Source: Marsupella aquatica
Lineage: Eukaryota > Plantae > Marchantiophyta
NCBI GenBank assembly: GCA_973895155.1
Contig: OZ316892.1
Coordinates: 8,670,048 to 8,734,047, forward strand
DNA: 64,000 bases
Reading direction: 5' to 3'
Shown: positions 25,675 to 36,860 of the stretch, one piece after another
Position numbering within the stretch: the first letter of the stretch is position 1
Layout: each line of letters opens with the position of its first letter
The notes under the pieces: model-generated
The model's database searches: none
Seen by the model: the letters and a program-made list of their open reading frames with translations, nothing else
Told to the model about the DNA's origin: nothing
Position numbers and translations under genes: made by a program

Positions 25675-26007
25675 GTTTGTGATATACGGAGAATCAGCTA
25701 ATGACGTATGCTATCGTCCTTGAGGAGGATTACAATTGTTTTCAAGTCTGATTCCTGTAACGAGAATTCGAAGACTGCTAAATCGTTCTCGTGCGACCTA
25801 ATAGCCGAGGAGAGTGGCCTCGGTGGAATAGCAAGATCGCCACCGTAAAATCACCTTCTACCGTGACTACGATGAAGTTGATTAAATTCTGACAACAATG
25901 AAACGCAATGCCAAGAGGGCAGCACCCTGCGTCCTATTAAACTTAATCAAATCAAGCTCATCTAAAGACTGCAGCCTAACTCGTTCAACATCGAAGTACT
26001 CGCAGGC

Positions 26008-27732
26008 CAGCCAAAATAAAATAATTCTAAGAGAACTGCCATCAGTGAAGTTTGCAATTGCCTTTCGTCGTAGATTTCCACGGAATTGACTTTCGGTATC
26101 GTTGTGAGGACTAGACCGCTAGCCGCAGTACTTTCCAGGTGAAGCAAGAAATCAGTAGTAGGAAAACCAAATCCATCAACCAGAGAAATCATATCGAGCA
26201 AGAGACCTCCTCCGGACTCACGACTCGAAACAAGGAAGTGATTGCTTCATCCGTAAAATAATCCTTCGCCACCTTCCCAATCTCTTGACACCTTCCCAAT
26301 CTCTTGCCACCGTCCTTACAGACAACGGATCCTTCGGGATTCCATTCTGTTACTCGTACTTGGCAAAAGCTGAGCTATTGTGGAACGACACTTAGCGCTG
26401 ACAAGTGTGAGCAGGAAAGCTCAAATAAGTAGTGATTGGTCGGGACAAAGAAGTATGCTGCTTTCTTTGCTGTCCGTCCTCGGGAACTTCATAGTTTTAT
26501 TTGCTTCGACCGGAATGCCAATTCCGTGGCCCTCAGGAGAGTCGCGAAGGCCGGTTTCTTACGGCATGCTCTACAGTCATCCACTTGTGCTTGCATGGAT
26601 CCGACAACGTATCTCCATCGGACACGCATGCGTCAACTTTTCGATTCGGTGCACCTGTATCAAGAAACAGGGATGACCAATGCTGTTCGAGGGCACAGAA
26701 TTGTCACGCGCCAATGCAATCTCGACACATGTAACAACTTCTTTTTGACTCGACTACTTTTTTAATCTGCTTAAGTGCTCACCAGGACACGCGTCAAGCC
26801 TATAGAAAAAGACAGAGTCCAACCAGTTCACACAGAGGAATGCAACTGTCGACTGAAAGTTCTCGGGTGCGCCTCCCTCTCTTGATTTAATTCCTGACCC
26901 GATGGACGTGGCATTTCGCACAATTTTTTTTTCGAAGAGGACTATGTCGTCCGCCTGCTCACCTGCCATGCGTGAGACTCTATCATTGGAAACATCACTG
27001 AATAATTCTAGAAGGTCTTCGTATGTGAACTGACGTGTGAGGTCCAAAGGATTCAATCATTATACGACGATGCCACTGCCTGTCACCAGAATTTCGAAGA
27101 GTTTCTGTGGCGAATCGGTCAGGGATTTGAAAACTGCTCCGAACTACATTCCATCTTGGCGAAGAAGTTCGAGAACCAGGATCTCCCGTCAACTTGGCAA
27201 CCCCACCGTCAATTCCCCTGGACGTTACTCGAAGCTAACCATCGTAGCGGTAAGGTACCCCCTCCACCTAGGATGGCTAGTCATGACAAATGCCGGGGTA
27301 CCGACATGCTGACATAGACCTTGTTGCAGCTTTGTTTAGGACTTTGATTTTATCGTCGAATGGATGATTTGAACTTTACTTAGCTGACAACTTCTTCGCG
27401 AAGTTCTGCACACACTTGTCACCACTTAGTGTATACAGCCAAAATAAAGTATTTCTAAGAGAATTGCCATCAATGAAGTCTGGAATTTGCTTCCGTCGAA
27501 GATTTTCACAGAATTGAGATTCCGTAGGGTTGTGACGAAAGACCGATAGCCGCAGTAGTTTCCGGGTGAAACAAGAAATAAGTAGCAAATTCGTCAACCA
27601 GAGAAATCGTATCGAAGAAAAGACTTCCTCCAGACTTACAAACCGAAGCAAGGATGTTTTTGATTCATAGCTAGGGCTGCCAAGGGTGTGCAGGGATGTC
27701 CAAATAAGTAGTGATTGGTCGGGACAAAGAAG
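26008..27732. repeat. Duplicated module in the ATP-grasp/esterase intergenic region
   Basis: 26008-26236 resembles 27436-27654 (diverged direct repeat). An identical 32-mer CAAATAAGTAGTGATTGGTCGGGACAAAGAAG occurs at 26422-26453 and 27701-27732. Confidence 0.85.
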
Positions 27733-28054
27733 GTTAAACTGCTTGCATCAATGCTCAGATCACGCAATTAACGAACGCATGATCCTCGTGGTTGAGTGAG
27801 TCCCTCAAAATCCGAATCCGGTCTTGGACAGGGACCAAAAGTCGTGGAATTCGGCACATGTCTTTTCGATACGACTGAAGAGAATCACCAACCGCGGATT
27901 ACTTTATGCCCCATCTCTGCTACTGATTTTTATTGAATTTTACCGTCATAGAGAGCTTTGGTGTCGATTTGCTTACTCTACGATTGGTCCCTAACGTTTG
28001 ATAAGATCGGCACGCCAAAAAATAATAATTCTGACTACCATCACTGCCCTGCAG

Positions 28055-29182
28055 ATGACTGCAGCGACTCGAGCAGTGTCCGCATCTCGGTGGAAGCTTC
28101 ATCTTCAAGCTCAGACATGGCGAGCGCTAATGGCCATGGGGATGAATCTCCACAAAATGGCCCATCCACGCCCACCTGCCCCTTCGTTCCGCAGGCGCAT
28201 TCCGACAACAGTATCGCCAGAACGTGGGGAGATTGAATTGCTTTTCTACACGCCCCCTGCATACAACCAGCGATATCGTTCTCGCGGCAAGAAGGGTGAA
28301 CGGGCTCCTGCCCCTGCTGCTGGTTCGCAACGAGGTTATCCTGTGGTGGTCAATTTTCACGGCGGAGGCTTCACCATCGGCCAAGCCAGCGATGACGTGC
28401 GATGGGCAGACGCGGTAGTGCGGGAGGTGAATGCGGTTGTAGTCTCCGTGGAGTATCGATTGGCACCTGAACATCCATTTCCCACAGCGGTCGAGGACGG
28501 CGTTGATGCCATCCTGTACCTTGTAGCAAATGCGGACGAGCTTGGCATCGACCCTCTGCGGATTGCTGTCAGTGGCTTCTCAGCAGGCGGGAACATGGCG
28601 TTCACGGTGCCGCTGAAGCTACAGGACGTGCTTCATAATCCTCGCCCCGAGGAAGAACTGGATCGGGATGGACGCAACAGCATTGTGGTGACCTCACCCG
28701 CTGCCATCAACCAACCGGCTGCCATATTCAACCCCGTAGCCATTGTAGCTTGGTACCCGAGCACGGACTTTGCCACGAACACGAGATCGGAACGCCGATC
28801 GACAAACATCAGGCCAGAAAAAGAGCTCCCGGAGTTCTTCACGAAGCTCTTCGACGCCTCCTACCTACCGGTCACTGAGGTGGCGCTGTCCAGTCCCTAC
28901 CTTTCCCCATGCTTAGCGCCCTTGCCGATGTTGCGCGCATTGCCGGACCACATCATTATGTACACCTGTGAGTGGGATGAGTTGCTAGTGGAGGCGGAGC
29001 GGATGCGGGATCGATTGAAAGGTGAAGCAGGTAAGGAGGTCGTGTACCGAATGGTGAAAGGGGTCGCGCATGCGTGGGATAAAAGCACAAATCCGCTAAG
29101 GTGGGACCCGGCGATAGAGGAGGTTTACAAAGAGGCTTGCACTTCGCTGAAGCGGGCATTTGAGGTTGAGGCAGGCATTTGA
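28055..29182 (+). CDS. Alpha/beta hydrolase fold-3 (HSL-family carboxylesterase/lipase), intronless CDS, fungal-like
   Basis: First ATG at 28055 (the track ORF starts at TTG 27998), giving 375 aa. Motifs NFHGGGF, VEYRLAPEHPFP, GFSAGG nucleophile elbow, EWDEL acid and GVAHAW catalytic His. Confidence 0.92.
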   Translation: MTAATRAVSASRWKLHLQAQTWRALMAMGMNLHKMAHPRPPAPSFRRRIPTTVSPERGEIELLFYTPPAYNQRYRSRGKKGERAPAPAAGSQRGYPVVVNFHGGGFTIGQASDDVRWADAVVREVNAVVVSVEYRLAPEHPFPTAVEDGVDAILYLVANADELGIDPLRIAVSGFSAGGNMAFTVPLKLQDVLHNPRPEEELDRDGRNSIVVTSPAAINQPAAIFNPVAIVAWYPSTDFATNTRSERRSTNIRPEKELPEFFTKLFDASYLPVTEVALSSPYLSPCLAPLPMLRALPDHIIMYTCEWDELLVEAERMRDRLKGEAGKEVVYRMVKGVAHAWDKSTNPLRWDPAIEEVYKEACTSLKRAFEVEAGI

Positions 29183-29975
29183 TTCTACAGGTAGATGACA
29201 TAGATGAGCTCAAATGAGGTGAATTCGGTGAGGTGACCAGCATTGAATCACTGGACTGCATATAACACTGAATGTTACTGTGATTGAGCGACAACCACCG
29301 GAGTGGGGATCGTGGAAGCGAACCACCCCTCACTCGCACACAAGTTCTCCGTGTTGATAACGTTGCTACAACCTACGGATGCGCAAAGGGGCGTCTATAG
29401 CTTGCCGGCCCTGATTCTCTAAACGCTTTGCTCCAGCAGCTTGTCGCCTCACGAAGTAAAATTTCAAACAGACAATAGGCAGGCTCGATGGTGTCTGGTC
29501 GGACCTAGGAGCGACTGTTTCCACCAAGATTTCGACTGTTATGGTTGCAGCTTCAACCGGCATTCACGATACCGTAAGCTATCTCTCATTAGGTTTCTTC
29601 TTGCACAGCTCCACAATCAGGGGCTTGTTCCCGGCGGTCATGTGAGGTGAAGGCACATTGTAGAAATGAACCCTCGGCATCTAATACAGGGAATGTTGAG
29701 CCTCGGTAATTTCTTGATCCAGCCATTCTTTCTCCGACACACCGGGTTGTGTACTTGAGATATTAGCACCATTGCACACCGTGCCATTGGCTGGCAAGAC
29801 TCGTCATCGAAAGGCAATGACTAAGATAACAGAAATTGCCCCAGGTACAATTACGTGATCCCGTCAAGCTGCTGCATTTGTGTATTTCCCATTCTATCTC
29901 AATCGCTTCTCCCTGGCATTTTGCAGCCAGCCAAGAAATGGTACAGGACGCCGAAGAGATATGCACTCTACCGTA

Positions 29976-30077
29976 TTTTCACTCATTCTTGATCAATGAC
30001 TAATTAACGCCACCATCTTTAAATCTTTTCACTCATTCTTGATCAAAGACCAATCAACGCCACCAGCTTTAGATCTT
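29976..30077. repeat. 50-bp tandem duplication
   Basis: TTTTCACTCATTCTTGATCAA..AACGCCACCA.CTTTA.ATCTT twice. Confidence 0.85.
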
Positions 30078-30891
30078 CGAAGCGATATCACGGACAGAAC
30101 TCTAGACCTTACTCAAGAACAGAACGAATACCAAGGTGGAGTCTCGATGTTTGCTTGGACTGACAAGCGTGAGCACGGTGTCGCTGGGAATTGCTCTTTT
30201 CCAGTGTTTCGACTCCTCCATATTTTAGTTTCAGTTTACAGTCTTCTACGTTTCGCAGTTTCGATTTCAATTTAGCATAGGAAATTTGCAATTAAAAGTT
30301 TTGATTCACATCTGTTGGAGTTTGATCAGTGTTGTTTGTAGCAGCGTGCACGATGGCTGCTGTCCGCCGTGTGACCCCTAAATCAGTGTGACTCACAGAC
30401 TCACACTGATTTGTGTCCCAATCAATTTTTATCAGGAATCACATTAATTTCGTATGTTATAGTGTGTTGTGATTCTCCATTGGGCAAGTTTTATATTCAA
30501 CTGCACTCACAGCTTGGAGAGGAATTGTGACGAAAATGATCGAGGGTTCTGTCCAATTTTTTAGTGATTGTTTGCTTCCTGAAATGGACTCCCGGAACTT
30601 TAATGAAGTTGCTGGGCAGGAGAATGTTGGCACTCACTTTTTTGAAGCTCAAGTCTTCGAGCCCGAAAGTAAGGACTTCCGGCTCTTTAACAAAGCTTTT
30701 GGGCTAGAGAATGTTGTCACTCAGTTTACTGCAAGTTAATAATCTTTGAGCACGGAAATCAGTGTGACAGACAGTGTGACCCAACGTGTACAGTGACTCA
30801 CTATTTCGTGTGTGAAGCGAGATTTTATGGACTACAGAAAAGTTTGACTAGCACGAATTGCGGTGGACAGTGTAGCTGACGAGATTTGTGA

Positions 30892-31345
30892 CAGTTGTAT
30901 TGGAGACTAAACCAATGGAACGGATGTTGAAGTCTTATTAGTTCTATTGGAGACTAGAAACCAGTGGAATGCGGATTGAAGTCTATCTTGGATTGAAGAA
31001 TTTTGAATTGACTCTGACTAAAGTTCTATGAACGGAACTTGAAACAGACTAGAATTGTACAAGAGAAAATCCAACCGGGGAATTAAAGCCAGTTGTGTTG
31101 GAGACTAGAAACCAATGGAATGGTGATGGAAGTTTGTCAGTTGTATTGGAGACTGAAACCCAGTGTAGTTTTTAAAGTCTATCCTCGATTGCAGATTTTT
31201 CAATTTTATGCACGGAACCTGAAAACAGAGTAGAATTGTATACGAGCAAATCTGAACCGGGAATTTAATGCTGTTAATTTTCAATTGGCTCTAGCGTTGT
31301 TTGCACGGAACTTGAAAACTGAATCGTGCAACAGAAAATCTGGAC
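30892..31345. repeat. Higher-order tandem repeat (~200-bp unit containing ~47-bp subrepeats)
   Basis: AGTT..TTGGAGACT..AACC occurs four times and CGGAAC.TGAAA three times, in nested periodicity. Confidence 0.75.
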
Positions 31346-32868
31346 AATGTACAAAGGACGCACGGAAACCCCTTGATTCGTGTATACCCCATGCAGCTCG
31401 TTTGGGCCGAATTTTCTTTCATGGAACACAGTGGCAAATGAGTGCAAATTGAGAAGTGTTACCAGGGAATGCCATCAACGAGTGGGTGGGAAGGGTAAGT
31501 TGGTCCAGAAAGTAGCAGCAATATAGTGACTGAGCTAATTCACAAGCTCGGACTTGAAGCTTTCTCTACCAAGTTTTTGTAGAGAAACTCCAACAGCAAG
31601 AGTAAGCTTTCTTGGATGGGATCTGCACACTAAACTTTTTGCTCAATAGGATTTTTAAGGGTACATGAGATATACGAAAACCTGCAGTTCAGTTAGAATT
31701 TCACTGAGATTAAGTAGGACTACACAAAATGGGGTCTGTCGCCTCACCCCCTCTTCAAAAGCATATAACTAAGAAAATCCCAGGTTCCCCTATGACGTTT
31801 CAGAAACAGTTGTTTAGGCCTAAGCTTGTGCCGGCCCTGGGGATTTCAGTCTGGGCATTTCAGGACTGGGGCGAGCATTAACCTACCTTGGTACATGCCA
31901 TACATTTCCAAAAGTAGAGTCTAAACATATGCGCCGCCACTAAAATAATCCTTTCTGCACATCAACCTAAAGCCCATGAACATGATACGCTTTTCCTAAA
32001 TCTAGGGGAGATCTGTAGGAAATTGACATGAAGGATATCGGTAGCATCTCCCAAACACATTGATACCATTGGAAACACTGGCGACTGTAAAATCTCCACA
32101 AAGGACCTGAGTGAGACAGCTGGCCTGAAAACAATGGCCACTTAAGTACAACTTGCTTAATGTGTGGGTGCATCAACCTCAATATGCACAGCTCTCGAGG
32201 AATGCGCTGAGGCCACACAACCAATGGCCAACCAGGGCAAATGGGAACACTTGCATTTTGTCACACAAGATTCCGAACATGCAGTAAGGAGAATACGAGC
32301 TCCGTATGCTGTCTTTGTGAATGGAATTCAAAAAATATTTGAAGGCAAAAAATACCAGCTCCGTTTTGATACGATTTTGTCGATCATGTAGTCTGAGTAC
32401 TAAACTGAAAAATGGGACAAGCATATTGAAGAACCTTGAAGATTAAGTAACTGTTCAAGTGCCATATTAAGAGGATACCTGGGAATCGGAATGATGGCAG
32501 TTGACAAGGACCAAGGGCAAGCTAAGATGTACTGTACAGTCGACTACTCTTCCACTCCTCTCAAAATTTAGTAAAATAACGTACACACACGAAAAGTTTC
32601 CGTTGGTGATGTTATTCAATAGATGATCGTAACGTGATTCTGCTCAGGGTGTGACGATGGCTTACTGGAAATTCATATCCCGGGACGTGATTCCACAAAT
32701 CTCAAACGTTCACATTCCTGTTCCACCCTCGGTTCCACCAATTAATTTAAATTCGAAGCAGAGACTCACTCCCGTGAAACAGAATCAGTGATTCATGTGA
32801 AATTAAAGAGTGTTTTGGGGACGAGCGAGCTTGAATGATGATGACAAGCTCAGCTGTTAGTGAACATA

Positions 32869-34989
32869 TTACGTTTGAAATATTGTTGCGAAAGAGACCT
32901 GCCTCTGGAGCTTGGACATACGATCGGAGTGGAGATTGAGAAGCGCTACCATCCCGTGGCCCTCGGCATTGGGCATCATGGTGATCCCGTCAATGAGTGG
33001 GCGAGGTGGAGAGTTTCTGGCTGCAAACTTGGGCCTGCCCCATCCGAATTGAATGTCATACAAAGGCAAGAATGTCCAAAAAGTGGCTGCGACATCGTGG
33101 CCCAGCGAATTGACGTGGTCGGACTTGGAGCTCCCAATTCCTTGCAGCTCTACCCAGTCAATGAGCGATCTAAAGTATTCGTCGGTAATATTCCTAGTGG
33201 CGATTCTGATCAAGCTAGCTGTGTAGTGCAGTGGCTTATTGAGGATGTCAGCTTCCTTAGCTACTGCGCACGCGCTGCACACTACATTGCCAAAATAACC
33301 TGGTTGGAGACCGAGCCTCTTCCTCCCATCCACGAACATGAAGAACTTGGTCGTCTGATCTCTCGCCTGCTCTGCGTCATAAGAATTCGCTGCAGCCCTC
33401 GCTTTGGTCATTTGCTTCCACAAGTGACCCGAGATAGATTCAGCGGACGTAAATGGACGAGGAGTGAACGGAGGTGGCTGCAAATTTGCCTGTTGCTTCA
33501 GCTCGGCGACCTTTTCTTCGCTGAGATCGAACTTCTCTAACGTCGCTGGCTCATCGGTACTCGCCTTTACTCCTTCGCCACATGTTTCGTCCAAGCACTT
33601 GCTACTGTACCCATTCACTAGAGTTGGATTGGGGGGATCACGAGCTTTCAGGACACAACGATTATGTTGAGGCTTGAGAGAGATAGGCTTTCCAAGGGCA
33701 ACCTCGGACCATGATCGCAAAAAGTGAGTCCCACTGAAACCATCCGCGATTGTGTGGTGCCAGCTCGTGGCAATAGCTATGGTGCCACAAGTAAACCTTG
33801 TGACTTGGATGATCAGCACCGGCATGGAACTGATCTGGTCGGGAATGTAGAGCGGTCCAGGCCCAAGTCGAGCAACATCGAACCCTGACAGCAAATGATT
33901 TGCTCGCGCCCCTCCTACATCCTTGAGGTCCGCGGCCACTGTTGCCTCGATCCACACTGCGCCTTCGTTGTTGCAGTACAGATCTACCGTCCCATCTTCC
34001 CGGAGTTTGAGTCGGCCGGCAAGAGGGTAGAAGTCCAGCAGCGTCTTCGCCAGTGTCTCCTTCAGGGAGCTTGTTACGTCTACAAACGGTCGTGACTCGT
34101 CGATCACACTCTCATAGTAATGGATGACGCTACTGAATGTGGGGTTGACGACACGGTCTAGATTGCTAAGAACCAGCCAGTGTTCGTCGATGGACACCGA
34201 TGCCTTCACAAGCGTTTTAGCGAGGGCCTTCCCCTTGGGTAGCGGCTTCTTCTCCTGTACTCCTCGCACGTCCTCTCGGACAAGCTTGGATCCCTCACTT
34301 ATGTCTTCGTCTTTCGTGATGGATGACACTAATGGACTGTGTGTGATCTCTCCCACTTTCTGCGCTGTCTCTTCAGGTTCTCCTTCTAGAGAAACAAATT
34401 CCTTCGCCGGAGAATTCAGCTGTGGTAGCGAGCTTCGAGTTGTTTTCGTGAATGACCACGACCTGGCTAGAGCTTGGTTCACGTCGAGATTCAAGCTGGG
34501 CTTCATCAAATCTGCAAGTCTCACCTTCCTCTCATCCGGCGGCACAGTAAACGACCAAGACCGCCTAAATGCGGTCTTGGGGCTAGTACTGCTCTCGAGC
34601 ATCGAATTCGTCGTGCTCTGCTGGTCCGAAACATAGGCATCTGTCGCTGCGGATTCGTTCAGCAGTACGAATTCGGAAGAGGATTCAAGGTCCTTAAATA
34701 CGGTTGGCGACTTCGGTGCCTGCATCGCGGCGCAGCACTCCGCTTCCAAAAGAGAAACAATCCCCATGCATGAATATTCCTGTATCTCCTGACGGGCTCC
34801 TGACTGACTTTCGTTCCAATTCACCCGATTCGCCCAAAGACTGAGTTCTTCCAAATTAAATCTTACGAGCCATCTAAGATGTCTGTTCACGGTGAATCCT
34901 GCAAAGCTAATATTCTGTACGCGAGCGACGTCGGAGCTTTTTTCTGGACCAAATTGAACGAAATCTTTTTGACTCAGATTTTTCTGCAT
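32869..34989 (-). CDS. BAHD-family acyl-CoA acyltransferase with a long N-terminal extension
   Basis: 706-aa single ORF (true start could instead be ATG 34767 or 34725). Motifs LSNLD, FYPLAGRL, QVTRFTCG, catalytic HHTIADG (HxxxD), GYFGN and DIQFGWG (DFGWG variant). Confidence 0.92.
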   Translation of the reverse strand: MQKNLSQKDFVQFGPEKSSDVARVQNISFAGFTVNRHLRWLVRFNLEELSLWANRVNWNESQSGARQEIQEYSCMGIVSLLEAECCAAMQAPKSPTVFKDLESSSEFVLLNESAATDAYVSDQQSTTNSMLESSTSPKTAFRRSWSFTVPPDERKVRLADLMKPSLNLDVNQALARSWSFTKTTRSSLPQLNSPAKEFVSLEGEPEETAQKVGEITHSPLVSSITKDEDISEGSKLVREDVRGVQEKKPLPKGKALAKTLVKASVSIDEHWLVLSNLDRVVNPTFSSVIHYYESVIDESRPFVDVTSSLKETLAKTLLDFYPLAGRLKLREDGTVDLYCNNEGAVWIEATVAADLKDVGGARANHLLSGFDVARLGPGPLYIPDQISSMPVLIIQVTRFTCGTIAIATSWHHTIADGFSGTHFLRSWSEVALGKPISLKPQHNRCVLKARDPPNPTLVNGYSSKCLDETCGEGVKASTDEPATLEKFDLSEEKVAELKQQANLQPPPFTPRPFTSAESISGHLWKQMTKARAAANSYDAEQARDQTTKFFMFVDGRKRLGLQPGYFGNVVCSACAVAKEADILNKPLHYTASLIRIATRNITDEYFRSLIDWVELQGIGSSKSDHVNSLGHDVAATFWTFLPLYDIQFGWGRPKFAARNSPPRPLIDGITMMPNAEGHGMVALLNLHSDRMSKLQRQVSFATIFQT

Positions 34990-35083
34990 GAAATGAGAGC
35001 TTTCCCATCAGTTAGTTTGATCGAGTAAATTTCGAGAAGGTCCTAAGTGATTGAATTGTAGACGACTATCTGAGACTCTCCTT

Positions 35084-35237
35084 AGTCTGTCAGTCAATGC
35101 GATTCCATACTACATGGAAACAACTTTAACAACAACTACAGTATGCAGCTAGAAAGGAGTCTGTCAGTCTATACGATTCCATACTACATGGAAACAAATT
35201 TAGCACCAACTACACTACAGTATGTAGCTAGAAAGGG
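35084..35237. repeat. ~74-bp tandem duplication just upstream of the BAHD ORF
   Basis: AGTCTGTCAGTC..CGATTCCATACTACATGGAAACAA..GCTAGAAAGG twice. Confidence 0.85.
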
Positions 35238-35570
35238 ACACGCGTATATATTTATGATGACAGATTAGATAGATAGAAGCTAGAGTTGGCAAGTTTAGAT
35301 GTTTGAGACGAACCAGTCAGCGTACACAACGTACCAAGTCAGAGGCGTAGAGATCGGGTGAACGAATTAGTCGTAACGTTTGAATGTGTCATACATCACG
35401 CCAAAAGCACACAAAGGGGGAGACAGGATCCTGGCGGGGAGTAAACAAGGGAAAAATTAAAGACACGAAACCAAATAAGTCCGAGAGTCTCCACTAAAAC
35501 CTTCCTGGGCAGCAAAGTGAAAAATACACAATATAAGTCGACTTGGTTTGTCCTTTCTAAAATATATGGA

Positions 35571-36860
35571 CTAGCTCAATACCCGTGCGTTGCACAAAAG
35601 ATGTCGTGACGGCCAAGATGTCGTTGAGAACAAGAGAGGTCATGTCGGCCAAGAGGTTGTTGAGAAGAAAGATGTTGTATCGCCCAAGAAATTTTTGAGA
35701 ACAAAAGATGTCGTGTCAGCCAAGATGTTGATGATAAACAAAATATGTCGTGTCGGCCAAGATGTCTTTGAGAACAAAAGATGTTGTGTCAACCAAGATG
35801 TCATGTCGGCCAAGATTTGGTTGAGAAAAAAGATGTCGTGTCGACCAAGAGGTTGTTGAGAAAAAAAGTTGTGTTGGCCAAGAGGTCGTTGAGAAAAACG
35901 ATGTCGTGTTGGCCAAGATCTCATTGATAAAAAAGATGTCGTGTGACCGGCCAAGAAATCATTGAGATAAAGGTTCTTGTGTTGGCAAAGAAGTCGTTGA
36001 GAAAAAAGATGTCATGTCGGCCAAGACGTCGTTGAGAGAAAATATGTTGTGTCGGGCAAGACATCATTGAGAAAAAAGAGTCGTGTCGGCCAAGACGTCG
36101 TTGAGAAAACAGATGTCGTGTTGGCCAAGACGTCATTGAGGAAAAATATCAGTGCATTGCACAAAAGATGTCGTGTCGCCCAAGATGTTGTTATCTGAAA
36201 GATGTCATGAAGTAAAAAGATGTCGTTAAGAAAAAACAAGTCATTTTGCCAAAAATGTCATTATGTGAAAGATGGCGTTAAGAAAAAGGTGTCATTTTGC
36301 CAAACTAAGTGATTGTGAAGTAAAAGATGTTATAAATAAAAAGGTGTCATTTCACCCAATATGTCATTAATATGTGAAAGATGGCTCAATACCCGTGCGT
36401 TGCACAAAAGATGTCATTAAAAAAAAAATGTTGTGTTGCCAAAGATGTTGCCAACAATTTTGTTAAGTAAAAACATGTTGTGTTGTCAAAGATTTTTTTA
36501 AGAAAAAAGATGTCATGTTGCCAAAGATGTCAAGAAAAAAGATGTTATGTTGCCAAAGAAGTTGTTAATATGTGAAAGATGTTGTGAAGTAAAAAGATGT
36601 CATTAAGAACTATGATGTCGTCACGATGCCAAAGGTGTCGTGAAGAAAAAATGTTCTTACGTGAAAAATGTTGTGAAGTAAAAGATGTCGTTGCACCAAA
36701 GATGTCTTTATGTCCAAGATTTTGTCAGGTAAAAGATGATGTTTTACGAAAGATGTTATTAAGTATTTTTTTGTTAAGTACAAAATGGTCAATAAGTAAA
36801 GGGATGTCATTAGACAAAGATGTAAGTTGTGAAGTAAAAGATGTTCTTAAGTACAATTGA
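35571..36860 (-). mobile_element. Non-autonomous Helitron-like element (3' end) with internal AAGATGTC satellite
   Basis: Minus strand ends GTGCAACGCACGGGTATTGAGCTAG|T (short hairpin plus CTAG before T, a Helitron 3' signature). About 1.3 kb of degenerate ~36-bp AAAAGATGTCGTGTCGGCCAAGATGTCGTTGAG units adjoin it, with a second terminus-like copy at about 36385. The 5' end was not located. Confidence 0.65.

Noticed and set aside
35575-36860. Regularly spaced repeats as a CRISPR array, and ORFs such as the DVVSAK/TTSWPT repeats as proteins
   Set aside because: Eukaryotic context, degenerate units without unique spacers and no cas genes. The ORFs are translations of satellite DNA (likewise at 42.8-43.3 kb and 63-64 kb).
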